NCBI GenBank assembly: GCA_005793375.1 | Contig: SXSK01000045.1 | Coordinates: 1 to 57,578 of the forward strand | DNA from: Verrucomicrobiales bacterium | Lineage (GTDB): Bacteria; Verrucomicrobiota; Verrucomicrobiia; Limisphaerales; UBA9464 | Reading direction: 5' to 3' | Length of the DNA: 57,578 bases | Shown: piece after piece, positions 8,890 to 17,822 of the stretch | Position numbering within the stretch: position 1 is the first letter of the stretch | Layout of the letters: each line of letters opens with the position of its first letter | Program-made: the position numbers and the translations under genes | Notes under the pieces: model-generated | The model's database searches: none | What the model was told of the DNA's origin: nothing | The model's input: only the letters and a program-made list of their open reading frames with translations

Positions 8890-10683
8890 ATGAATCGTCG
8901 CTTTGAGATCTATCAGAATGACGCCGGGGAGCGGCGGGCGGTCCCTTGCGGATTCTCAGTAACTGCGGCGTTGTTGGACTGGATCTGGGCGCTCTTTCTG
9001 AACCTCTGGCTCGAGGCCGCTGCTTTGTTCGTTCTGAATGCGGTTCTGGTCGCGACACTCTATGCGGCAGATTCAAGTGCCATGGGCTACGTCGTGGCCC
9101 AGGTCCTGCAAGGAATCTTGATAGGGACCCAGGCCCGGCGTTTACGCGCGCTGTCGGCGGAGCGCCATGGCTACGCGTTTGTTTGCACAGTGCCGGGACG
9201 TAGTGGCGCTAACGCCATCGCCAAATTAGTCCAGGTCGGCGGAGAGCCCTTACCGGAATGGCGCGGGCGCCATTTCTTCACCCTGCCAGATTTCATCCCG
9301 GTAAGCTTGCGGCGCATCGGTGCCATGGCGTCACTCACCATCAAGGCAGCCTTTCGACTTCGTCTGGTCTTGGTATTGTTGGGGCTCCTGACGGTTGCGG
9401 TTTTTGTTTTGCCCTCGATCATTATTCACGATGGCAGCGCCCGCGGGTTCACGCAGATTGTACTGACATATAGTCTGGCGGCGATTACTGGAATTCTCGG
9501 TTTTACAACGCTTTGGCTGGCGTGTGGCACCTTGGCGAGCGATATCGAAGACTGTCAGATCCACGTGGTGATGAGCAAACCGATCCCGCGTTGGGAAATC
9601 TGGATTGGAAAATGGGTGGGGATTCTCCTGCTCAACGCAGCGCTGCTGACTTTCTCTGGATTCGTTGTTTTTTGTCTTCTTCTGGGTCGCTCCAGCCAGT
9701 TGCCGAAAGATCAGCAGGAGATACTTCGGAAAGAAGTATTGGTAGCACGCGCAGGAGCACGTGAAACGGTGCCGGATCTGAGGCCAGCGATTGAAGAACT
9801 CGTCGCGGAGCGTCTCAAGAAGGGTGACCTGACACCTGTGGATCGTCAGTTGGTCCGGAAGCAGATCACCGAACAGGTCAAAGCCCAAGCTCAAGTGGTT
9901 CCTTCGGGACAAATCCGGCGCTGGGTGATTGATCTGGGAGCGGGGGCGGTGGATCGATTACGAGACGAACCGCTGTTTCTGCGCGTGAAATTCTTCAGTT
10001 CTGAATATGCCAGTGATGGAGCGACATTTGCTTTCCGCTGGTTGATTGGTCCTCCGGAAAGCAGCACGCGATTCCCCATCGAAAACAGTTTGGGCGCTGA
10101 GTCGTTTGTTGAATTTCCCATTGCTCCAAACCTCTTGGACAAAGACGGCAAATTGGTGATCGATCTTCAGAACTGGAACAATTTGGCGATCCTCTTCCCG
10201 CTGGAGGATTCCATGGAGGTGCTCTATCGAGAAGGTGGGTTCGCTCTGAATTTCGCCCGAGGCCTCGGTATCATCCTTTGTTGGCTCGCGTTGCTCGGCT
10301 CCATCGGCCTGGCCTGTTCGAGCCGGATGTCCTTTCAGGTCTCCTCGTTCGTCTGCCTCGCCATTCTCCTGGTGGCGTTTTCCGGTGGCACGATCAGCTC
10401 CGTCATCGAACAGGGGGGTATCATGGGTGTGGACCACGACACCGGCATGGTCGAAAAGAGCAACAGTATCAATCGCGCTTCCGTGGTGGTCTTCAGCGCT
10501 GCCAAACGGATCATCGGTGTCGCCCAGGATTTTTCACCGGTTGAATCGTTGAGCACCGGACGAAGCATCACCTGGGGCTTGCTTGCCCAGGCCTTCCTTC
10601 AAATCGTCCTATTCCTTGGCGGCAGCTTTGCCCTCGTTGGCATCGTGGTTCTTACTCGCCGCGAAATCGCCTTGCCCACCTGA
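8890..10683 (+). CDS. ABC-2-type permease with a large extracytoplasmic domain and an N-terminal DUF2628-like module
   Basis: DIEDCQIHVVMSKPIPRWEIWIGKWVG EAA-like motif; TM blocks flank a ~190-aa soluble domain; ends TRREIA. N-terminus GFSVTAALLDWIWALFLNLW resembles DUF2628. Confidence 0.8.
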   Translation: MNRRFEIYQNDAGERRAVPCGFSVTAALLDWIWALFLNLWLEAAALFVLNAVLVATLYAADSSAMGYVVAQVLQGILIGTQARRLRALSAERHGYAFVCTVPGRSGANAIAKLVQVGGEPLPEWRGRHFFTLPDFIPVSLRRIGAMASLTIKAAFRLRLVLVLLGLLTVAVFVLPSIIIHDGSARGFTQIVLTYSLAAITGILGFTTLWLACGTLASDIEDCQIHVVMSKPIPRWEIWIGKWVGILLLNAALLTFSGFVVFCLLLGRSSQLPKDQQEILRKEVLVARAGARETVPDLRPAIEELVAERLKKGDLTPVDRQLVRKQITEQVKAQAQVVPSGQIRRWVIDLGAGAVDRLRDEPLFLRVKFFSSEYASDGATFAFRWLIGPPESSTRFPIENSLGAESFVEFPIAPNLLDKDGKLVIDLQNWNNLAILFPLEDSMEVLYREGGFALNFARGLGIILCWLALLGSIGLACSSRMSFQVSSFVCLAILLVAFSGGTISSVIEQGGIMGVDHDTGMVEKSNSINRASVVVFSAAKRIIGVAQDFSPVESLSTGRSITWGLLAQAFLQIVLFLGGSFALVGIVVLTRREIALPT

Positions 10684-10700
10684 CGAATCGAGCCAACACC

Positions 10701-12197
10701 ATGCGTCCGCTTAAACCCATCTTGGTGCTCGTATTGGCGATATCTCTCGTCGGTGTGTTCTTCTTCCAACGTGTCCTAAATCAACAGCGCGAGTCCGCCG
10801 GCCTGACCCGCACCGCCGTAATTAGCAACGCGCCTCCAGTGCTCGCCTTCACCACGGTCGCGCTCGGCGGATTTCGGGGGATCATCGCCAACATTCTCTG
10901 GGTTCGGGCGGCCGAACTTCAGGAGAACGGCAAGTATTTCGAGATGGTTCAACTCGCGGATTGGATCACGAAGTTGCAGCCACACTTTTCGCAGGTCTGG
11001 GTGAACCAAGCCTGGAACATGGCCTATAACATTTCCGTTAAATTCCCCAACCCCGACGATCGCTGGCATTGGGTGCTGCGCGGCATCGAACTGTTGCGCG
11101 ATCAAGGCATGATGTACAACCCCCACGAAATTCTGATGTACCGGGAATTGGGTTGGTTGTTTCAACACAAAATGGGGGCGTACCTCGACGACGCTCACAT
11201 GACTTACAAGCGGGAGTGGGCCACTTCCATGGAAGCCTTGTTGGGCCCGGGGCGGCCGGATTTTGAAACCTTGATCAACCCGGTGACCTCGGGACAAAAA
11301 ACCTCGTCTGAGTTGCTGCGCGCAAAATACAAGATGGATCCTGTGTTGATGAAGGAAGTGGACGACACCTATGGGCCGCTCGAGTGGCGGTTGCCCGAAT
11401 CGCATGCGATGTACTGGGCGAGTGCCGGACTCAAATTCGCCAAATGGAATGGCAAACCCGAAGAGCAGTTTGTCATGCTTTGGCGCGAGATCTATCAGCC
11501 AATGCTGGTAGCGTTTCAACGCGGCCGTTTCATCACAAACAAGGCCGACAAAACCATTCAACTCGGACCAAATCTTGCGATGGTTCCGAATGTATCGCGC
11601 GCCTATGAACGGGCCATGACCAATACGCCCGACATGCGCGAACACATCGGAAATGCGCACAAGAATTTCCTTCGGGATGCGAGCTATTTCCTTTTCGCCA
11701 ACAACCGTGAAAAAGAGGCTGAGAAATGGTTCAACCTGGGTTCCAGGTTGTACGGCACGAATTTCGCCGGCGGGTTGGATTTGGTATCCTATTCAATGGC
11801 CCAGATCACCGAGAACATCAATGAGACGTCCCCCGACAAGATCAAGGCATTGCTGGAGGGATTGATCATGCAGTGGGCATACAATCTCGCTATTGATGAA
11901 GAGGATCGGGCGGTCTCGTTGGAGCGAATGGCGACGTTGGTTCGCAACAATTACATGCAACGCATCGGCTCGAACAAGAGTTCCAAAGAACGACTGCCGA
12001 TGCCTCCGATCCCAGAAATCAAACAGCAGGTGCTGTCCCGTGTGTTTCAAGCCGAAGACGGACTCCACCCAGAGCTGCAAAACGTCTTACGTTCCAAACT
12101 CGGTATTACGAGCACTCCAGTACCACTTGCCAAACCGGAACCTGCGGCCAAACCTGCTCCACCCTCTGGGACGCGACCCGCGTCCAAGTCCAATTAA
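10701..12197 (+). CDS. Membrane-anchored helical (TPR-like) protein, PilG/XapA-like
   Basis: N-terminal TM; LGGFRGIIANILWVRA...ITKLQPHFSQVWVNQAWNMAYNISV...RWHWVLRGIELLR...YRELGWLF. Last gene of the cluster, with an 18-nt offset from the preceding stop. Confidence 0.6.
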   Translation: MRPLKPILVLVLAISLVGVFFFQRVLNQQRESAGLTRTAVISNAPPVLAFTTVALGGFRGIIANILWVRAAELQENGKYFEMVQLADWITKLQPHFSQVWVNQAWNMAYNISVKFPNPDDRWHWVLRGIELLRDQGMMYNPHEILMYRELGWLFQHKMGAYLDDAHMTYKREWATSMEALLGPGRPDFETLINPVTSGQKTSSELLRAKYKMDPVLMKEVDDTYGPLEWRLPESHAMYWASAGLKFAKWNGKPEEQFVMLWREIYQPMLVAFQRGRFITNKADKTIQLGPNLAMVPNVSRAYERAMTNTPDMREHIGNAHKNFLRDASYFLFANNREKEAEKWFNLGSRLYGTNFAGGLDLVSYSMAQITENINETSPDKIKALLEGLIMQWAYNLAIDEEDRAVSLERMATLVRNNYMQRIGSNKSSKERLPMPPIPEIKQQVLSRVFQAEDGLHPELQNVLRSKLGITSTPVPLAKPEPAAKPAPPSGTRPASKSN

Positions 12198-13435
12198 AGG
12201 TTTTTTGGCCGACGCGAGGGCGGATGGCGGAGCAGCGTCGCGATCGCCACCAAGAGTGCTGCGAGGATGAGCAATGCCCCCATGAAGAAGGGTGCTCCTG
12301 GAAGAAGAATTGGCGCCCGATCACTGATGAAATAGCCAAACAGGGATGTGGATAGCAACGGTGCAATGAACCCTGCGACGCTCCCCAAACTGGCCAGCGC
12401 TCCCTGGACCGCACCCTGCTCGTTGGCTTCAGCGCCACCCGTAATCAACGCCTGGGTTGCGGGGGCACCAATGGCTCCCAACGAAGCCAAGGCCACGATC
12501 GAGTAGAGCATCCAACCCTGCGTTACCGCACCATACCCGATCAAAGCCAAAAAGTTGATGCAAAGGCCGACAATCAGTGCCTTCGGTTCTCCCATTGCCG
12601 GAACCAACCATCGCGCTAATCCGCCCTGTACAATCGCTACGGTCAAACCGACGATGGCCAGAGAAATTCCCACTTGGCCCGCAGTCCATCCATACCGGTA
12701 ACCCGTATACAATACCCAGATGCTATGCGTGGAATATTGTCCGACGCTCAAGAGGAAGAAACTCACTGCCAAACCCAGGACCAATGGGTGACGCCTCAAT
12801 GAGGTGAATGATCCCACCGGATTCGCCCGGCCCCACGAAAAGGCCCGCCGATTTTCGGGCGCCAGGGATTCCGGAAGAACCAATAGTCCATAAAGCCAGT
12901 TGATGAGTGTCATGGCCGCTGCCACTAAAAAAGGAAGGCGAAGATCCCGGCCACCCAGCAATCCTCCCAGTGCCGGACCTGCAATGAAACCAAGACCAAA
13001 GGCAGCGCCGATCATTCCAAAATTGGCCGCTCGCTTTTCAGGGGGACTGACATCCGCGATATAGGCGGATGCCGCTGAGATATTCGCCCCGGTGATTCCG
13101 GCGACGACGCGCCCGACATAAAACCAACTCAGTGTGGGTGCAAACGCGAGGAGCAGGTAGTCCAGCCCGGAACCGAATAGCGATCCCAAGATCACCGGCC
13201 GGCGACCGAATCGATCGGAGAGACTTCCGAGGATCGGAGAAAAGAGGAACTGCATCAGGGCGTACAGTGCTCCAAGCCATCCGAAAGTATGCGAGGCGGC
13301 TGAAACGTCGCCACCCTCCAGCTGCTCGATTAATTTCGGCAGGATCGGAATGATGAGGCCAATGCCGAAGATATCGAGGAACAAGGTGACCAGAATGAAT
13401 CCCAGTGCGGGTTTGTATGTGGTCATTGTGGCCAT
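12194..13435 (-). CDS. MFS efflux transporter, TetA/DHA1 family
   Basis: 12-TM pattern, motif [23 protein letters not shown] and motif [13 protein letters not shown]. Start chosen at ATG 13435 (alternative 13426), just after the upstream stop. Confidence 0.9.
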   Translation of the reverse strand: MATMTTYKPALGFILVTLFLDIFGIGLIIPILPKLIEQLEGGDVSAASHTFGWLGALYALMQFLFSPILGSLSDRFGRRPVILGSLFGSGLDYLLLAFAPTLSWFYVGRVVAGITGANISAASAYIADVSPPEKRAANFGMIGAAFGLGFIAGPALGGLLGGRDLRLPFLVAAAMTLINWLYGLLVLPESLAPENRRAFSWGRANPVGSFTSLRRHPLVLGLAVSFFLLSVGQYSTHSIWVLYTGYRYGWTAGQVGISLAIVGLTVAIVQGGLARWLVPAMGEPKALIVGLCINFLALIGYGAVTQGWMLYSIVALASLGAIGAPATQALITGGAEANEQGAVQGALASLGSVAGFIAPLLSTSLFGYFISDRAPILLPGAPFFMGALLILAALLVAIATLLRHPPSRRPKNL

Positions 13436-13439
13436 TGAA

Positions 13440-16400
13440 TCAACTCCAGGTGCAGAGTCGTTCCACGTAATCGGCCGACCCGTCACGCAACCAGCCATCG
13501 AGTTGGGCCTGGTCCTTCAACTGTTGTCCGCGCAGTCGAGGAACCACCAGAAACTGGCATTCAATCTCCGCCAAGCCCGTGAGATCGCTCCAAAGCTTTT
13601 CAAATTGGGCGACCGGGAAAATGTCTTCTTGTCCATGGCCCCAGCGCTTTTTGACATCCTTGAGAGTCACGTACGTGGGAAGTCGGGAAGCAAGACCCCG
13701 GATGGCTGCGGCGATCTTATCTGAATTTCCTTCAAGAATGTCGTCTCGTGTCAGGCCGAATACCCGCAGTAGCGAATCAAGTTGGATCCACGTGGTCATG
13801 GAGTTGTAATAACTCAACCCAAATTCCGCCTCCTCACGTGTCATGGCCAATCCTTCCATAATTCTCAGGCGGCCATTGACCCGGGCCAATCCTCCACCCC
13901 GATCCTCCAACCGGCGCTGGATCACTTCAAATGACAAACAAGCCCCGCCATCGATGTGTCGCCCTAGGTACAAGGGATCGGCATTGACGCCGCAAGTATC
14001 GATGTTGTGTAGCAACAGCTGTCTTAGATTCGGCCGGGCACGGAGCAGTTGTGCCAGCACACCATTTCGCAACAAGTTTGGAATCTCATAAAAATGCCCG
14101 ACTGGATGGAGGCATTGGGATGGAAGGTTCTCGGTATAATCTGCCGCTTCGCCAATGGTCTGTGCCCAACGGATCAAGGCCGACCGCAGACTATCCCGGA
14201 CTTTCTGCTGTTGTTCGTCCAGCAGTTGCTGAGGCATCTCTTCCCACTGAAATCGCAAGTCGCGTTCCATCGGAATCATGCGCAGACCGACATTGCGCCC
14301 CTCGGATAGCAACAACGGACCTTCGTAACCATAGCGCCGAACCTTCTCCACAAAGTCCACCGTCGCGGTGTGGGTGTGGTAACTCGTCGTGAATATGTGA
14401 GGCAACGGCGCATCCAGCTCAAAGGTCTTGGCCAAACCGCGGCTCTTTGCCAGGTGCACTTCTAAAAAGGTACGGTGACGTCCGGATAGCTTGCAAAACG
14501 GGTGCAGCGCCTTGCAGACACCTGCACCTTGAGTCCACCGCGATCCGGCTCCTCCCGCCAGCGTCACAACCGCCACCTCCCCCTTGGCTAGTGCACGCAG
14601 ACCGATCGCTCTCAGACGCTCATCGTCAGAAGTCCCCTCGGTCAAGTCGACGACCTCATCCGAGCGGACGTCCTCGATTGTGACATCGGTTCGCAATCGA
14701 TTTTGTGCCAGCCCAATGCGCCCCTGGCGAAGATCGTTGCGGATCTGTTCGTGTTGGGCGCGGTCGAATCCATAGTGTTCCAGCAACTCAGCCAGCGTGG
14801 TGCTGCCATCCTGGGCGGTGCGACCACGCGGCAAGAGGGCATCAAACAATTCCTGCACCATGCTGCGAAGCTCCGGACGCGTGCGCGCTGCCACCGCGAA
14901 TTTGTCGAGCTCTGACCGCTGTGCCGACGGCAACGCGTGGCGGTCCTGACGCAGCAGTTTTGGAACCGTCAGCGTGTAGTATCCCGGTGGCATCAACGCC
15001 TGTTCTCCCGTCAGCAACTCCGCATAGGTACCCCGCTCGTTGATCGCGTAATCGAACACCACAGGCTCCATCGCGAATGGAAGTGCATGCTGCAACTCAC
15101 GGCGCGTCTGGCTCATGATCTCCTGCATCCGCGTCTGCGCCTCGCGCTTTCGATGCGGGGCAAAAATGAATCCCATACCGCCGCCAGACATGCCGCCCAG
15201 CATCCAAAACCCCCAGAAATCATCACCAAATGCCTGGCGGGCCCGGTCTATGAGCAATTCGGTGTAGTAGGTCGATGCCCAAGGGATAATTGTCTGGATC
15301 GGCTCTAGAAAATTTCGAGTTGTTGCTGCCGCCAACGCACGGATATCGCCACGCCGCAACGCATCAATGACGACCTTCAATACCGTCAGTGCGTCCTGCC
15401 GAGCATTCCACTCTGCGTGACAACGGAGCAAATACTTCTCGGTGACCATCTCCAGAATTGGGCCGACATTTTGGGCCATGCCACCGTGGACCACTACCAG
15501 CGAATCTTGCAGTGCCTGACGCGAGGAAGCCGGAATCTCGTCGTGCCCAAACACATAGTGCTTGGGCATAAGGCGCCCACGGGAGATGCCATACTCCGGA
15601 TCGCCATCAGCCGCCTCAACACCTTCGATCAGTTTGATGCCGGGCCAGACACCACCGCTGTCTTGCCAGCCGCCGCCGGATCCGCCGAGCCACTCTCCGA
15701 GTAGTGCCCGTGCTAGGACCAGTCGACGTTCGTTTTCCGCCAGTGAACCCGTCAACGAACCCGCCTGTGCCGTGGCCCGCATGCAAACACTGATCAGGGA
15801 TCCCAAGAGGTTGGTGGATACCGCCAAGCGTGAACCCTTCGGGATGTTGTTGACACACGAGACGATCTCAAGCCCTCGACCAGGTCCCACCAATCGCGCC
15901 AAGAGATCCCCAAGCTGTTGCCCTGAACCCTCGACGCCCGGGGGCACCAACCCACTCGCAATCACCGCTGCCTTGAGCAGGCCAAGATAATCTTTCGCAA
16001 AATCAAAAACATCACTCAGCGAAACCAAGTCTGCGGTTGCTCCCAAATCCACCGAGGTGAGACGCAACACAGGCTCATCCAATACGCGCAACCAGGCGCT
16101 GACCGGTGGCGAGGGTTCTGGATCGCGACCGCTCACACCCAAGTCTACCGACACATTCAACACGCGGGCGCCCTCGGGATAGTCCATGCCCAGGAAAAAA
16201 ATGTCCGACCACGCCGAATGCGTCAGGTCCATCCGAACGGGTGTCTGCTCGCGCAAAATCGGATAGGTGCCGTCGGGGCTGCGTTGGAGGAGCAGATCGC
16301 GAATCCGCAGCGGTTGATCAGCGGGATGTCCCATACGGAACATCCATTGATTGCCTCGCACCGTGCGCACACTTCGCCGGACCTGATCCGCCAGGGTTTG

Positions 16401-16790
16401 GAAGGCCAAGCGATGATAGGCAGCAGCTAGGGCCGACGAGATGCCATCGCTCGGGCCCATGGATTCCTGCACACCTAAAAAGGTTTCGATGGCTTCTTCA
16501 AATCGTCGGTGGAGCAGCAGCTCGTAACCGCGAAACGGGATCAGGCTGGCCTGCGTCTGAGTCTTGGATAAGCCAATCAGCGCCGTTGGAACCTGGAACC
16601 GATGGATGGCATAAAGGAAGAAAAGGGCTCGGACGCGTTCATACAAGTTTTCTGACCGGCGTCGAAAGTCATCAAGTTCAGCGCAGGCAGCCAGCAGCTC
16701 GGCGGGGGACCATGCTCGGCAGTATTGGTTGAGTGATTGGTCTCGAACCGCGGGATCGTCAGATAAAATGAGCGGGAGCAGACTCGGCAT
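13440..16790 (-). CDS. Fused GHMP-family sugar-1-kinase / UDP-sugar pyrophosphorylase (UDPGP family)
   Basis: N-half: PVRMDL, IPKGSRLAVS, GGGWQD, GGMSGGG (GHMP/fucokinase-like). C-half: VVTLAGGAGSRW...K, HPVGH, HNID (UDPGP-like). Start at ATG 16790 (ORF open from 16850). Confidence 0.8.
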   Translation of the reverse strand: MPSLLPLILSDDPAVRDQSLNQYCRAWSPAELLAACAELDDFRRRSENLYERVRALFFLYAIHRFQVPTALIGLSKTQTQASLIPFRGYELLLHRRFEEAIETFLGVQESMGPSDGISSALAAAYHRLAFQTLADQVRRSVRTVRGNQWMFRMGHPADQPLRIRDLLLQRSPDGTYPILREQTPVRMDLTHSAWSDIFFLGMDYPEGARVLNVSVDLGVSGRDPEPSPPVSAWLRVLDEPVLRLTSVDLGATADLVSLSDVFDFAKDYLGLLKAAVIASGLVPPGVEGSGQQLGDLLARLVGPGRGLEIVSCVNNIPKGSRLAVSTNLLGSLISVCMRATAQAGSLTGSLAENERRLVLARALLGEWLGGSGGGWQDSGGVWPGIKLIEGVEAADGDPEYGISRGRLMPKHYVFGHDEIPASSRQALQDSLVVVHGGMAQNVGPILEMVTEKYLLRCHAEWNARQDALTVLKVVIDALRRGDIRALAAATTRNFLEPIQTIIPWASTYYTELLIDRARQAFGDDFWGFWMLGGMSGGGMGFIFAPHRKREAQTRMQEIMSQTRRELQHALPFAMEPVVFDYAINERGTYAELLTGEQALMPPGYYTLTVPKLLRQDRHALPSAQRSELDKFAVAARTRPELRSMVQELFDALLPRGRTAQDGSTTLAELLEHYGFDRAQHEQIRNDLRQGRIGLAQNRLRTDVTIEDVRSDEVVDLTEGTSDDERLRAIGLRALAKGEVAVVTLAGGAGSRWTQGAGVCKALHPFCKLSGRHRTFLEVHLAKSRGLAKTFELDAPLPHIFTTSYHTHTATVDFVEKVRRYGYEGPLLLSEGRNVGLRMIPMERDLRFQWEEMPQQLLDEQQQKVRDSLRSALIRWAQTIGEAADYTENLPSQCLHPVGHFYEIPNLLRNGVLAQLLRARPNLRQLLLHNIDTCGVNADPLYLGRHIDGGACLSFEVIQRRLEDRGGGLARVNGRLRIMEGLAMTREEAEFGLSYYNSMTTWIQLDSLLRVFGLTRDDILEGNSDKIAAAIRGLASRLPTYVTLKDVKKRWGHGQEDIFPVAQFEKLWSDLTGLAEIECQFLVVPRLRGQQLKDQAQLDGWLRDGSADYVERLCTWS

Positions 16791-16846
16791 AGCGACGTTC
16801 GATGAGACTCCGCATTTCCATGCCCCGCCGTCAACGTCAGGGGTAC

Positions 16847-17704
16847 TCAACTGGACGCTCCAGGGCGCCGGGCATTTTTCACGTTTGCCTGCCGCAAGGC
16901 GCGCGCTTCGACGTAGGTTCCCAAGCAGTGAAACAGACTGCCCTTCGCGCCATGCCAGTCAATTCGACCCATGCTGGCATACAGCATCAACTTGGCACAT
17001 CGGATCGCGATGCCTGCCAGGCTGGGCTGATGCGCCTCAATCAACCGGGCACTGATCCGGTGGTCGACCCGGCCTTTCGTGAAGAAGGCTTTGGCGGGAC
17101 GTCGCGAGATATAGCGCACCTCGGCGGCGTGCACTGCTGCCACTTGATATCCCTGTTTCAATGCCCAGACATACCAATCCAAATCTTCGCCACCCGGTAG
17201 CGTTTCATCAAACTCGTGTTTCTCCCAGATCGCTCGGCGATACAGGCTGTTGGGATTTCCCGCGCCAAATCCGAATCCTTTCCGGAAATCCCCTTGTTCA
17301 AAATACGTGATTCCACCGGGCAATCCTTGATCAAAGTCGCTCATCATCAGTGGCCCCACAGCGGCCGCGACACGTAGGCCGAATTGCTCCCTGACGGCTT
17401 TGCGATAGAGATCCAAAAAGTCCGGGCGCACCGGAACTGTATGGGAACTCAAGGCAAGGACCCATTCGTGACGCGCCTGAGCGAATCCGACATTGAGAGC
17501 GCGGCCATAGCTGAAGTCCTTTGCCGCCAGGCGAAAAACATGTGCCCCATGGGCTGTGGCCAGCTCCAACGTGCCATCCGTAGAGCCGGAGTCTACCAAC
17601 ACTAACTGGTCGTCTGGCTGCAGACGAACGGCTTCCAGAACAGGCTTCAATGTGACCGCCGCGTTCAAGGTGCGGATCACGACACTGATAGGTGGAGAAC
17701 TCAT
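16847..17704 (-). CDS. Glycosyltransferase family 2
   Basis: ISVVIRTLNAA, VLVDSGSTDGT, FSYGRALNVG, LSSH in place of DxD, GGEDLDW. Start at ATG 17704. Confidence 0.9.
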   Translation of the reverse strand: MSSPPISVVIRTLNAAVTLKPVLEAVRLQPDDQLVLVDSGSTDGTLELATAHGAHVFRLAAKDFSYGRALNVGFAQARHEWVLALSSHTVPVRPDFLDLYRKAVREQFGLRVAAAVGPLMMSDFDQGLPGGITYFEQGDFRKGFGFGAGNPNSLYRRAIWEKHEFDETLPGGEDLDWYVWALKQGYQVAAVHAAEVRYISRRPAKAFFTKGRVDHRISARLIEAHQPSLAGIAIRCAKLMLYASMGRIDWHGAKGSLFHCLGTYVEARALRQANVKNARRPGASS

Positions 17705-17822
17705 GCTTCGGACTGCGCCAACATAGTCCGCTCGAACTGGAAAGGGCAACCTCGAGGGAAAATGCTCTTGAGTTACTGATCCTCAGAAGACTCTGGTTGC
17801 ATTTCGTCGTCATCTCGGCAGT

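Noticed and set aside
12194-13435. Calling the MFS gene an acquired tetracycline-resistance determinant
   Set aside because: No tetR or mobile context; family membership does not establish the substrate.
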